The notes under the pieces are model-generated. The model was not told the origin of the DNA. It did not search any database and saw only the letters and a program-made list of their open reading frames with translations. 64,000 nucleotides of DNA from Macrostomum lignano (taxonomy: Eukaryota): positions 142,239 to 206,238 of the forward strand of contig NIVC01001896.1 of the NCBI GenBank assembly GCA_002269645.1. The letters are read 5' to 3'. Every line of letters begins with the position of its first letter. Within the stretch, counting starts at the first letter, position 1. Below are positions 14,175-27,538 of the stretch, piece after piece. The position numbers were made by a program, and so were the translations under genes.

Positions 14175-17100
14175 AATGTATCTGTCTGCATTTTACTTGT
14201 ACTTATATGCATAAAACCTTAAATACTATTGCTGAGCTGATGCAACGAGAGAGCCAAAATGCAACCGGAAAATCTATTTTTGCCCTGAGCGGATAAAAAT
14301 TGTCTTTGACGTGGAAGGCTTCAGCAGTCGGGAAAACTATAAAAGGAATATTCGAAGTAAGCCTTTAGGGAATTTTTTCAATTCTAAATCCCTCAACGAT
14401 TTGTCCCGTCTCGACGATTTTCTTGCAATCCTTTCTTCGAAACGAATTCAAAGTTAGAAACAGCTGGATTTCTTCTTGAGCTAAGGATCTTCGGACAATA
14501 GCATTGATCGTGCGTGAAAACTGTTAACCATCTCAATCACAATTTCCCTCTTATCGAATCTGAACCACGCCCGAGAGTTTACTAGAAGCTCAGCAGATGA
14601 AGTCAGCCATAGTAAAAAAATGCTAATCAACCAAAAGCTGTACGGTACCTTGTCAAAGTAATAATTCTACCTCTTAACACGGGCTTTTTCACTTTTCCAA
14701 GTATATTACGTACCTGGCAGTGCTAATTAGTTTCCCAAGGCGAAATTGTGTTGAACAGTGTACCGGGCAGAAGATCAGAGAGAAAGATAGGTTAGCCATC
14801 AGCCGACAATGAGGCTTAGTCGGCGGCAATATTGCGTGAACGAAACAGGACACTTCATCAAAACGAAGGAAAACAATTTTTTTCTTTATCATTCGAGCTT
14901 CTGTTTGAAATTCGAGCCTGGCTTGCGTTAGCGCCGTTTCTTTCGAATCGCCTATTTCATGTTGCTTTTAATAGCAATGCATTCGATTTCTTGTTGTACG
15001 GACGGTTTCAATTGCTACCTTGTAATAAACTTCTATGGAGGTTTATAACCCGAAAAGTAATGTGTATGGGTGTCTCACTGATGCCATTAGATGTATTAAT
15101 TATTCGTGCAAATAGGTAGAGTCGCAACATTTAAAGCCACTTTAGTATAGTTGACTAGCGTTTCAGCCCCCCCTTCGGGGTTTTGGCTTGTAACATTGCG
15201 TCCACCTCAATGTTTTTCCTAAAGAAATAATCGCTCTTTTGATGGTATGGCGATTCATTGGCAGTTTGTTAGTAATAATTTTAGGCCGGAAATAAAATGC
15301 GATTGAAATGCTAATTTCTGGTCCATCTATAGTTGCTGGCTCGAATTGTTGAGTGGAAACTTGACATGAGGGACGATTGCAATGGAAAGACGCTAACATT
15401 AGAGTTTCTTAGAAACCATCTGGAGGACGGATATTTATCGCATCGCAAGTGGATTTATCTCGAAATGAATTTGTCTATGGCAAAGCCCTATTCAGAGCAT
15501 ACTAAATCCAACTAGCGGTACAACATACATACCTTCCTTACCAGCAGTTTCTAGGAAAATCGAGTGTAGCGTCATTCTATTTCAGTTTTCCATTCATTTT
15601 TAATTTTTGAAAGGTTTCAAGGAAATAGTTTTGAGAAAACGTTAGCGATTAAATAGGGCTTCTAACTAAAGCACAAGAAAAGTTTAGAGGAAGGTATCGG
15701 AACTATGCTCACGCTCTCACGTCAGATGTTCCTCAACGCAATTTGTCACGATTAGTTCCTATTTTGTTTATCGGAAAACGATTGTCTGATGTCAGCAGCC
15801 GAAAGCTAAATTGGATGGACGATCGGCGGCACAGCACATTCTAAGTAATTAATTAAGGGCTATATGGCAAAGTTTGGATTTGCCTGCCACGATGCTGCCA
15901 ACTAGCCTATCGGTCAACTCCGGTAGACTCACGCTGAACTTTTCCTTGGATTGCTGACATCCTTCCTGACCTACTGGCTACTCGGAATGGGGATTTATTG
16001 GACCAAGACTAATCTAACCGCTATCTCACTCTGACTTTCTCCCCTGCCTTGTCTCTCCCAGACTCGAGATGCGCCTATAGGCGATTGTCTACGCAAAGAT
16101 TGATTGGTGGCGGCGACAGTTTTTCTAAAAAAAGTTATGGTAAAAATTTTTTAGACCCAACTGCGTGCGAGTGCGTGCGCGTGAACTATGAAAGCATCAT
16201 CCATTATGAAACTGTCGATTTTCTATAAAAATTAGTCATTACTATGCACTGTTAGTTTTAATTTTGCATAGCGCACTTATCTAGTTTAAAGTTCAATTTC
16301 TGAAGTCTCGGTTTTAGCAAGATACGAGGGTAGCGCTGAGTCAACAGACGATAAGAAAGATGATAAGACAAAAGTGATGAGGTTGGGACATTGTAGCGAT
16401 GAAGTGAAGCACTGAGCTAAATGGCTAAACGGGTTGGGAAAGGCGAGACAACAGCTGTCAGAGGTACTCAGATAAATGCTACAATAGCAGCTCTGGGTGA
16501 CTAGGGGAGAAGGAATTTTTCCAATGGAAGGATATGCAGCTTAGCTACATGCGGAGGTGCCAGCAGCTCTGCCAGCAGCTCTGGCTATTACCTAGCAGTG
16601 AGCAGGAGCGCATCGGGGTGTGTTGGAAGAGTGCTGGTTCTGACAGGAAAGGAATTCGACTCAGACCGTCGGTCTGGGATCTTCCCCGCCCAGCGCTAGC
16701 AGTGGAAACACGGGAGTGCGAGAGAGTAGAGGGAAGAGGGAAGAAAATAAGCGGGACGGAGAAGCTGACAGCCCCGGACCTGGGCGATGAAGACTTCCCT
16801 CTCTGCTGCAGCTTAACTTTTTTTGCCACAGCCAGAAACTACAAAGCTGCTAAATGGGAGGATGGAAAACAGCTCTAAAACCTGCAGGAAGTTTGCTGAT
16901 CCCACGGTTGGGCCACCAGCTTTTTATCCGGGAGAGAAAGAGGAGTTTGGTAGCCGGCTGGCGATGACTTGTCGTTGGCTTGGCTATACTATAATGCCTT
17001 CCTTCTCCTTTCGTGCGGCCCCAAAACAGGGCTAGAAGAAAAACTATTGTCATGGGCGTTCGGGCGCGAAGTGTCGCGGTTGATTTCGGCGACTGGTTTT

Positions 17101-17221
17101 TCCCTCATCGGATGCACTCGCGAAATGCACTTTTGCCAACTTGGCAACCATTCTGATTTCACGGAAGGCAAAAGCTGGTTGATAGTTAAATTTGCAAATT
17201 TCAGCTTACATTGCTGAATAG

Positions 17222-17432
17222 ATCCATGCATGCATGCACCCATCCACCCATCCATCCATCCATCCATCCATCCATCCATCCATCCATCCATCCATCCATC
17301 CATCCATCCATCCATCCATCCATCCATTCATCCATCCATCCATCCATCCATCCATCCATCCATCCATCCATCCATCCATCCACCCATCCATCCATCCATC
17401 CATCCATCCATCCATCCATCCATCCATCCACC
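17222..17432. repeat. (CATC)n microsatellite
   Basis: Directly visible. Confidence 0.97.
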
Positions 17433-17903
17433 ATCCATATTCCATCTATCTACTCGTATGTATTTATCATCCTCACTTTTAACGCAATCGGGCCTAAGCT
17501 ACCAGGTACCTTAAAGCCTGTAAAACACAAACGTCTGCTTATTTGTTTGCTTAGCGGCGGCGATTCAATTAGCTAATTGAGTCTCGTGACGAACTGCATA
17601 CTCGTGCAAAGCTCACTTCTAAGCCATCGGATATTTTTCATATTAAAGATCGTCATGTTACAAAGGCGACTTTATTTAAATCTGACTAATGAATCCATTT
17701 ATAAGGAGGCGAGCTGCACTAATTAGACTTAGCTATAATTAACCTAATGGGTTTAGCTACAAACCTCTAAACTGACTTCATCTTCAATGAATGACGCACG
17801 TGAATCCAGTATATTAAACTTGTAAACTGGGTCAGTTATTTTCAGTTAAGATTGTGTATCCGTTTAAAATCCGCAGACTGAGTCGCCATCGCCTTCCCAG
17901 ATA

Positions 17904-18010
17904 CTCAGCCTGAGTTACTACAGCCCTCCCAGCTCCTCAGCCTGAGTTACTACAGCCCTCCCAGCTCCTCAGCCTAAGTTACTACAGCCCTCCCAGCTCC
18001 TCAGCCTGAG
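17904..18010. repeat. 32-bp tandem repeat x3 (CTCAGCCTGAGTTACTACAGCCCTCCCAGCTC)
   Basis: Three copies plus a partial copy visible. Confidence 0.9.
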
Positions 18011-18362
18011 TAGTTTTTCGACAGAAATAAGTCAACTTACCGGCAAGACTTTAGAAAGGTCGCACTTAATTACGAAATGTTCAACTTCTGATGCAGCCTT
18101 CACATAGTCTAGAAAGACAGCAGCGCCTTTCGAAGGTAGTTGTTAAACACCTTTTTATGACACACAAAAATTGTCTACTACGAAGAGCTGAAGACTATTC
18201 TCTCGCTGAAAAATAATTTCAATCGTAGTTTAACGGCAACTCCAGTGCACATCGATTGGTTGATGTGCTGCTCGACCAATCGTTCACTCGGATCGGAGCA
18301 CTTATTCGCTGTCTCTCTTGACTTTGTCTCTGCACTCAAAAAATTGCCTTTCGCGCGTATTG

Positions 18363-18476
<114 letters not shown>

Positions 18477-18827
18477 TGGATCCAGGCTGTCGACTGACTG
18501 ATTCAATGATTGAGTCAGATGAGGAAGGGGGAGAGGGAATGAAGCTGTGCAACTCAAGCCAGCCTGTCATCCCCGTTTTATTCCACACAGCTCAGTCTCA
18601 GAGAGAATCTGCATATATATGATCAAGAGACTCAACCTCCTAGACTCGATTTCAATCCACTTTAACCAATTGAGGCATGTAGGTCACTGTCTCTGTTGGA
18701 TCAGTTTACCAAGCCCAGCAAGCTTTTTAAGCTAAAGTGCTGACTGTTTCATTTGGTTATCCATGTATATCGAAATAAAACTGGGGTCAGCTCAATGCAG
18801 ACTTTCTGTCACATGCCGTCAGCTCTT

Positions 18828-19425
18828 TAGTGTCAGATGCTGTGAGCTCTTTAGTGTCAGATACTGTCAGCTTTTTTGTGTCAGATGCTGTCAGCTATTT
18901 AGTGTCAGGTGCTGTAGGTCTGCAGGTGTCAGGTGCTGTAGGTCTGCAGGTGTCAGGTGCTGTAGATCTGCAGGTGTCAGGTGCTGTAGATCTGCAGGTG
19001 TCAGGTGCTGTAGGTCTGCAGGTGTCAGGTGCTGTAGATCTGCAGGTGTCAGGTGCTGTAGGTCTGCAGGTGTCAGGTGCTGTAGGTCTGCAGGTGTCAG
19101 GTGCTGTAGGTCTGCAGGTGTCAGGTGCTGTAGGTCTGCAGGTGTCAGGTGCTGTAGGTCTGCAGGTGTCAGGTGCTGTAGATCTGCATGTGTCAGGTGC
19201 TGTAGATCTGCATGTGTCAGGTGCTGTAGGTCTGCAGGTGTCAGGTGCTGTAGGTCTGCAGGTGTCAGGTGCTGTAGGTCTGCAGGTGTCAGGTGCTGTA
19301 GGTCTGCAGGTGTCAGGTGCTGTAGGTCTGCAGGTGTCAGGTGCTGTAGATCTGCATGTGTCAGGTGCTGTAGGTCTGCAGGTGTCAGGTGCTGTAGGTC
19401 TGCAGGTGTCAGGTGCTGTAGATCT
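18828..19425. repeat. 24-bp minisatellite (GTGTCAGGTGCTGTAGGTCTGCAG)n
   Basis: About 24 units. Confidence 0.95.
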
Positions 19426-19779
19426 TTATTGTGTTCCGCTTTCATTTGGTAAACTTTAAGGCCGCACTAATGCGCTGTATTAAACACTGGCCAATTGCAA
19501 AGAAAATGAATCAATTTTGAGCCTGAGAACAAAGTAGAACCTAACATACCGTATCGAGCAATCCATCAGGAACTTCGTCAGTGTTGAAAAGTTTCGATGC
19601 CTTTCCTACCTTAATCTTCATCGAACCTTTATCGCCCCTGTGAACTGAACCACTTGAAGCGTTGGAGTGTTGCAATGCATTGCAAGGAAGTTCTGATCAA
19701 TATTTTGCTCCGACTTTTCTCTATTACTCAGAAATTTGTACTTTTAGTTGCAATAGTTGGCTAGCAAAACGATAGATCG

Positions 19780-20022
19780 TAGCTAGATATTTGCTAGCTA
19801 GATGCCATAGACAATGGATAGATATTATAGCTAGATATTTACTATCTAGATGCCATAGACAATCGATAGTATAGCTAGATATTTGGTAGCTAAATGCCAT
19901 AGACAATCGATAGTATAGCTAGATATTTGCTAGCTGGATGCTATAGACAATCGATAGTATAGCTAGATATTTGCTAGCTGGATGCTATAGACAATGGTAG
20001 ATAGTATAGCTAGATATTTGCT
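19780..20022. repeat. ~44-bp minisatellite (ATAGCTAGATATTTGCTAGCTGGATGCTATAGACAATCGATAGT)n
   Basis: About 5 degenerate units. Confidence 0.85.
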
Positions 20023-20585
20023 ACTGATTCTCTTCTTCCAGGGCGTCTTCTGCTGTTGCAACATTCGCTTGATCTTCCCTAGAAACTTGTCTTAAAAACT
20101 TAACCCAGCAATTTTGCAAATATATTGACAGCCATACGCGGCTTCAATGAAATTAAAATGAAATTCAGAGTTCGAGATGAAATATTATTATTTCTGTCCA
20201 TCAATCAGTGTTACCATTTTCAGTTAGTGTTATAATTGTGTACTTGAATTGTGATATTCTACAATTTAGATGAATTTGATCAATCTGAAAGCAATAACAA
20301 AAAAGCAAAAAGCCACAACCCAACTCCAGCATTTGCAGGCGGGAGCTTGGGGTGAGAGATTTCCAATTCAATCAGAACACAATGATGTAGCAGTTTATTA
20401 TTAGCGAGATAATATAAATGTGACTAAAAATTCAAACTACCCTACTGATGATGGCTTCAGGTAAGTAGCATGCAAGAAGTTTGGTTGCTTAAATAGAAAA
20501 AAATTAACTGGATTTTATAGTTGATCGCATAGTAAACGTTCACCCATGTTACAAAGCAGAGGGGAAAGAGATTAAGCAGAAAACT

Positions 20586-20912
20586 TTAAGCATATTTCGC
20601 AAAGTGCTCATTCTGATAATGAGGCTGATGGTGATAATTGGGGAGGCTGTAGCCCTGCTGATGATGAGGCTGCTGATGCTGCGATCCATAGGGCCCGGCG
20701 TACCAGCAGGTCTGAAAGGCAGCCGCAGCAGCCGCCGCAGCAGCAGCCGCTGAAGTGCTGGAGTCCTCAACGCCTTGAGCAAATTGGGCTGCTGGGCGGC
20801 GGTGCCAGCCGTATTGATGGCGCTCTGAGGCGGCTGCGTTGTTGGCGGGCAGTGCCACTGCTGCTTCATCAGTTTTTCCCGGATGCTGAGCAGATGACGT
20901 TGGACTGATCGT
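20586..20912 (-). CDS. foxC: FoxC-class forkhead gene, exon 3 (last coding exon)
   Basis: Acceptor TTTCAG|ACG at 20913/20912, phase 0, matching exon 2. Encodes TISPTSSAQHPG...polyA...QHQQPHHQQ...FAKYA* (327 bp). Confidence 0.75.
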   Translation of the reverse strand, partial: TISPTSSAQHPGKTDEAAVALPANNAAASERHQYGWHRRPAAQFAQGVEDSSTSAAAAAAAAAAAFQTCWYAGPYGSQHQQPHHQQGYSLPNYHHQPHYQNEHFAKYA

Positions 20913-20989
20913 CTGAAATTACAGTTTTTGTGAAATTTTATAATGATGGCTATTTTGTCTTGGAAAATTGAATATTAGGAAGTCCCATG

Positions 20990-22218
20990 AGCAACTCCCA
21001 CTTCGAGTCCATGGCATCTTGAGCAAGTCTCACTTTGAGTCCATGGCATCTTGAGCAAGTCTCACTTTGAGTCCATGGGGCATCTTGAGCAACTCCCACT
21101 TTGAGTCCATATCTTGAGCAACTCTCACTTTGAGTCCATATCATCTTGAGCAAGTCTCACTTTGAGTCCATGGCATCTTGAGCAAGTCTCACTTTGAGTC
21201 CATGGGGCATCTTGAGCAACTCCCACTTTGAGTCCATATCTTGAGCAACTCTCACTTTGAGTCCATATCATCTTGAGCAAGTCTCACTTTGAGTCCATGG
21301 CATCTTGAGCAAGTCCCACTTTGAGTCCATGGCATCTTGAGCCAGTCTCACTTTGAGTCCATGGCATCTTGAGCAAGTCCCACTTTGAGTCCATGGCATC
21401 TTGAGCAAGTCCCACTTTGAGTCCATGGCATCTTGAGCAAGTCTCACTTTGAGTCCATGGCATCTTGAGCAAGTCCCACTTTGAGTCCATGGCATCTTGA
21501 GCAAGTCTCACTTTGAGTCCATGGCATCTTGAGCAAGTCTCACTTTGAGTCCATGGCATCTTGAGCAAGTCCCACTTTGAGTCCATGGCATCTTGAGCCA
21601 GTCTCACTTTGAGTCCATGGCATCTTGAGCAAGTCCCACTTTGAGTCCATTGCATCTTGAGCAAGTCTCACTTTGAGTCCATGGCATCTTGAGCAAGTCT
21701 CACTTTGAGTCCATGGCATCTTGAGCAAGTCCCACTTTGAGTCCATGGCATCTTGAGCAAGTCTCACTTTGAGTCCATGGCATCTTGAGCAAGTCTCACT
21801 TTGAGTCCATGGCATCTTGAGCAAGTCTCACTTTGAGTCCATGGCATCTTGAGCAAGTCTCACTTTGAGTCCATGGCATCTTGAGCAAGTCCCACTTTGA
21901 GTCCATGGCATCTTGAGCAAGTCTCACTTTGAGTCCATGGCATCTTGAGCAAGTCTCACTTTGAGTCCATGCCATCTTGAGCAAGTCTCACTTTGAGTCC
22001 ATGGCATCTTGAGCAAGTCTCACTTTGAGTCCATGGCATCTTGAGCAAGTCTCACTTTGAGTCCATGGCATCTTGAGCAAGTCTCACTTTGAGTCCATGG
22101 CATCTTGAGCAAGTCTCACTTTGAGTCCATGGCATCTTGAGCAAGTCTCACTTTGAGTCCATGGCATCTTGAGCAAGTCTCACTTTGAGTCCATGGCATC
22201 TTGAGCAAGTCTCACTTT
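20990..22218. repeat. 32-bp minisatellite (GAGTCCATGGCATCTTGAGCAAGTCTCACTTT)n filling foxC intron 2
   Basis: About 38 units. Confidence 0.96.
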
Positions 22219-22305
22219 ATCTTCATGGCTTCGGCTGTGAGATGGATCTTCAAATAAATTCCCCACCGATATTTGTAGAAAACAATAAAAATCCATAATT
22301 TGCAC

Positions 22306-22534
22306 CTTTTTGCTCTGATTGTCCGCAGAGTGGCGCCTCCGTTTGAAACGGCGCCTCCGCCTCAAGTAGCTGCCGTTGTCAAACATGTTGTAGGCCTCGG
22401 GGTGCAGCGTCCAGAAGCTGCCCTTGCCTGGCCGATTGTCCTCGCGTGCGATCTTGACGAAGCACTCGTTGAGTGACAGATTGTGGCGGATGGAGTTCTG
22501 CCAGCCCTGCTTGTTCTCCCGGTAGTAGGGGAAC
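22306..22534 (-). CDS. foxC: FoxC-class forkhead gene, exon 2 (C-terminal two thirds of the forkhead domain)
   Basis: Acceptor CCCAG|G. Encodes (R)[76 protein letters not shown]. Donor AAG|GTGCAA. Confidence 0.93.
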
Positions 22535-22681
22535 CTGGGAAAATTCAGATTTTCTTCTTTTATATATTTTTTAGGTTAACTTGCTACTTACAATGGGTTG
22601 GTTGGCAGTAGTATGATAAGAATAGGAAATCGGAATCAAACAAAATGACTTAATGAAGTAATCTCACTATCTATATTCGAA

Positions 22682-23216
22682 TCTCTCAATACCCCTAAGC
22701 GCCTCTCTCAATACCCCTTAGCGCCTCTCTTAATACCCCTAAGCGCCTCTCTCAATACCCCTTAGCGCCTCTCTCAATACCCCTCTCTCAATACCCCTCT
22801 CTCAATACCCCTCTCTCAATACCCCTCTCTCAATACCCCTCTCTCAATACCCCTCTCTCAATCCCCTCTCTCAATACCCCTCTCTCAATACCCCTCTCTC
22901 AATACCCCTCTCTCAATACCCCTCTCTCAATACCCCTCTCTCAATACCCCTCTCTCAATACCCCTCTCTCAATACCCCTCTCTCAATACCCCTCTCTCAA
23001 TACCCCTTAGTGCCCTTCTCAATACCCCCAAGCGCCTCTCTCAATACCCCTTAGCGCCCTTCTCAATACCCCTAAGCGCCTCTCTTAATACCCCTAAGCG
23101 CCTCTCTCAATACCCCTCTCTCAATCTCAATACCTCTCTCAATACCCCTCTCTCAATACCCCTAAGCGCCTCTCTTAATACCCCTAAGCGCCTCTCTCAA
23201 TACCCCTAAGCGCCTA
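22682..23216. repeat. Compound 14/22-bp minisatellite (AATACCCCTCTCTC / AATACCCCTAAGCGCCTCTCTC)
   Basis: Directly visible, in foxC intron 1. Confidence 0.9.
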
Positions 23217-23553
23217 TAATCTCTAAAAAACAAATCAACCCATGGGGCGCATTGACAGACAGCTCTGATTTTAGCCATCATGTCGAAGGCATTATTGCCC
23301 ATGGAAACTATAATGTTCCCAGCTGATCCAGCTTCTAGACTGACAGATCAGCCACCAATATTATCCAACTTCATCTTGAATCTGTCATCTGCATATTCTT
23401 TTTATCTTTGTTAAACTCTTTGTTTATAGCTCTAACCAAATGAAATATATTGGTTTTTTATGATCGGTTGGTGTCATCTTGACTTCCATTTTTTTCAAAT
23501 TCACTTCACAGAGCTCCCGATTAAATTGTTAAAGTCATCATTTGTAAAGATTG

Positions 23554-23700
23554 ACCCATTTTACAGCTGGGTGAACTGAAGCAATGCAGAGATAAGTGTC
23601 TTGCTTAGGGACACACATTGTTCTTAGTGGGATCAGGAATCGAACCCCCGACCTTCAAGTCATGAGCCAGCGCGCTCCAACCACTAGGCTACAGCCCTCC
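23554..23700 (-). mobile_element. tRNA-derived SINE with a CORE-like central domain
   Basis: Minus strand GGAGGGCTGTAGCCTAGTGGTTGGAGCGCG (A-box)...GGGTTCGATTCC (B-box), then GTGTGTCCCTAAGCAAGACACTTATCTCTGCATTGCTTCAGTTCACCCAGCTGTAAAATGGG. This resembles the MIR/CORE consensus as I recall it. Confidence 0.7.
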
Positions 23701-23967
23701 TCAGGATTAAGAAGTCCATATTATACGCATTTTCATCAGACAGGCCTTTTCATAGCCACCAGCAAAGGTCTAAAGCTCTTTTTTGCAGACATCAATTTTT
23801 GTAAACCGAGTGGCAGGCAGGGGCGTCGCTCCGGGAGGGGGACAGGGGGGACAAGGGGGGACATGTCCCCACCCCCAGTAAAAGCTCTGGGGGGACATGC
23901 CAATGTTTTGTCCCCCCACCCCCCACCTTGTGACCCGTTATGAAATCAATCATTTTTCTTCAGGGCA

Positions 23968-24943
23968 CCAAAATAAGCGCCTGTGGCGCTAAAATGAGTG
24001 CCTGTGGCGCTAAAATGAGTGCCTGTGGCGCTAAAATGAGTGCCTGTGGCGCTAAAATGAGTGCCTGTGGCGCTAAAATGAGTGCCTGTGGCGCTAAAAT
24101 GAGTGCCTGTGGCGCTAAAATGAGTGCCTGTAGTGCTAAAATGAGTGCCTGTGGCGCTAAATGAGTGCCTGTGGCGCTAAAATGAGTGCCTGTGGCGCTA
24201 AAATGAGTGCTTTAGGCGCTAAAATGAGTGCCTGCGGTGCTAAAATAAGTGCCTGTGGCGCTAAAATGAGTGCCTGTGGCGCTAAAATGAGTGCCTGTGG
24301 CGCTAAAATGAGTGCCTGTGGCGCTAAAATGAGTGCCTGTGGCGCTAAAATGAGTGCCTGTGGCGCTAAAATGAGTGCCTGTAGTGCTAAAATGAGTGCC
24401 TGTGGCGCTAAATGAGTGCCTGTGGCGCTAAAATGAGTGCCTGTGGCGCTAAAATGAGTGCTTTAGGCGCTAAAATGAGTGCCTGTGGCGCTAAAATGAG
24501 TGCCTGTAGTGCTAAAATGAGTGCCTGTGGCGCTAAATGAGTGCCTGTGGTGCTAAAATCCTGTGGCGCTAAATGAGTGCCTGTGGCGCTAAAATGAGTG
24601 CCTGTGGCGCTAAAATGAATGCCTGTGGCGCTAAAATGAGTGCCTGTGGCGCTAAATGAGTGCCTGTGGCGCTAAAATGAGTGCCTGTGGCGCTAAAATG
24701 AGTGCTTTAGGCGCTAAAATGAGTGCTTGTGGCGCTAAAATGAGTGCTTGTGGCGCTAAAATGAGTGCCTGTGGCGCTAAATGAGTGCCTGTGGCGCTAA
24801 AATCCTGTGGCGCTAAATGAGTGCCTGTGGCGCTAAAATGAGTGCCTGTGGCGCTAAAATGAGTGCCTGTGGCGCTAAAATGAGTGCTTGTGGCGCTAAA
24901 ATGAGTGCCTGTGGCGCTAAAATGAGTGCCTGCGGCGCTAAAA
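23968..24943. repeat. 21-bp minisatellite (GCCTGTGGCGCTAAAATGAGT)n
   Basis: About 45 units. Preceded by a G-rich terminus (CAGGGGCGTCGCTCCGGGAGGGGACAGGGGGGAC, ~23818) suggestive of a carrier MITE. Confidence 0.95.
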
Positions 24944-25007
24944 TATAAGATACATCCCAATTGCCCCCCCCCAGATTTATTTGAAAACCCATACAACCCA
25001 TGCTCAC

Positions 25008-25390
25008 CTGTCCATAATGAACTGATAGATGCCATTCAAGGTAATCTTCTTATCAATCTGGGCTGTGATCGCCATGGTGATCAGTGCAATATAAGAGTAG
25101 GGCGGCTTGACCAGCTCTTTGCCGTGAGTTGCTGACGGCAGGCTGCCGCCACCTGGGCCGGAGTGGCAGTGAGTATAGCTGTCAATTTGTTGCAGACTCT
25201 GCTGGTGCTGCATTTCTGTCGGGTAATTTATAGCTGCAGGCTGCTCGTCGCGGGTGTAAAACGTCCCTCTGGTGTCCCAGAAATCGCCTCGATGGATTAT
25301 TCCCCGCTGGTTGGGATAGTTATAATCGCCTGGGCTCTGCTGATGCCAGCAAGCGCTGACATTCTCTCGATACAGCTCGGCTGACTGCAT
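25008..25390 (-). CDS. foxC: FoxC-class forkhead gene, exon 1
   Basis: ATG at 25390. Ends [38 protein letters not shown]|GTGAGC (phase 2). The spliced product is 312 aa. [24 protein letters not shown] and [17 protein letters not shown] match FoxC rather than FoxL1. Confidence 0.9.
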
Positions 25391-25844
25391 GTGTCCGCGA
25401 AGTTATCCAAATATACCAAACAGCTCTGAGGGTGTCTCAAGTTTTCTTAAAAAACAATTCCGCTTGTCAGCCGCTGCCGCTTGGATTTCTGCTTTGAAGG
25501 CATAGCCGGGACACCGGGGGGTTAGGGGGGAGTAGGAGAGTCAGAGGCGCGGTCCAACTCCCATTGGGAGGCGAACCGTAAGTAGGGGAAGTCGCCTTTG
25601 TTCGCGACTATTGCTTCCGCTGCACCAACCTCCCCCCGACAGTTTGGTCTTTTTCGACCGTGCCCTGGATTCCTGTGTTCAAGGAGCATTAGTAACTCAC
25701 TCTCAAATGGCCTTTGCCAAGATTGCAGATAAATACAACACATAACTGTTTCATGCCACTTCTACAATGACTTTTGACAATCGATTTCAAATCTTTTGAA
25801 CGCTTTAACAAAAGTTTTTTGATGTTTATAGCGTCAAATTGTGG

Positions 25845-26110
25845 GTGTTTTTGGCGCCAAATTGTGAGGGTTTTTAGCGCCAAATTGTGGGTGTTTTTAG
25901 CGCCGAATTGTGGGTGTTTTTGGCGCCAAATTGTGAGAGTTTTTAGCGCCGAATTGTGGATATTTTTGGCGCCAAATGGTGGGTGTTTTTAGCGCCGAAT
26001 TGTGGGTGTTTTTAGCGCCGAATTGTGGGTGTTTTTGGCGCCAAATTGTGGGTTTTTTTAGCGCCAAATTGTGAGGTTTTTTAGCGCCGAATTGTGTGGG
26101 TTTTTAGCAC
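25845..26110. repeat. 23-bp minisatellite (TTTT(A/G)GCGCC(A/G)AATTGTGGGTG)n upstream of foxC
   Basis: About 11 units. The core is an inverted relative of the 21-bp array at 23968-24943. Confidence 0.9.
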
Positions 26111-26891
26111 TCACAGAACCTGACGCTTTCCTTTCCAGATAGCTTTTTTTAGCACTCCATGCGAATTAGAACCCGGCCAAGCAGAACCTTCAACCCCAAA
26201 ACATAGCAAGGGGTCGCTCATCTGCCCGCCTTTCAAGCCAGCCAACCAGAAGCTCGCATCCCCCGCTGTGCGGCCCCTTCAACCGCCGCCGCCAAATCCG
26301 CCCGCTGGGGGAAAACTTTGAAGGAGGGGGCATCAAAATGGGACAATTGCTCCGTTGGGATATTGACGTTATATTGCCCAGCTGGAAAATGGGATTGCAA
26401 AAATTGAAAAGATAAACGGGTGTAATCCAGATTGTTGGCGCCACAATCTCTTAGATCACAAGTCCATCTAATTCAGCCAGAAAGCAAAATCAGCTGATCA
26501 AGCTATCCCATAGCAACGCTAGCCAATTGCTATATTTTATAGCAATGACTGACGTACGGATTAGAAGAAAACCTCGAATTCACAAGGATCTTATCGCATA
26601 TTATTGATTATTATCCAGTAGATATCAGCAATCGCTGAAGCAGGTATATAGTCGAAAATAAAATGATGATAATTCAGCGTATTATTGATGGACAAATGAA
26701 GAAAAACATTTAATCGTAGGGACAAACTTGGAGCCGTTGGGGGCACTAAGTTTGATCCCCGCTGTTCCCTTAGTGACAAAAACTCTAGTATAGCTCTGGA
26801 TCGGGCATGCTGTTCATGTTTATTCATGCCAGCTGAGAGCGATGCGGGTCTGGAAGTTTGCAACCTGTGCCTCACTGATCCTGCCTGCACA

Positions 26892-27538
<647 letters not shown>

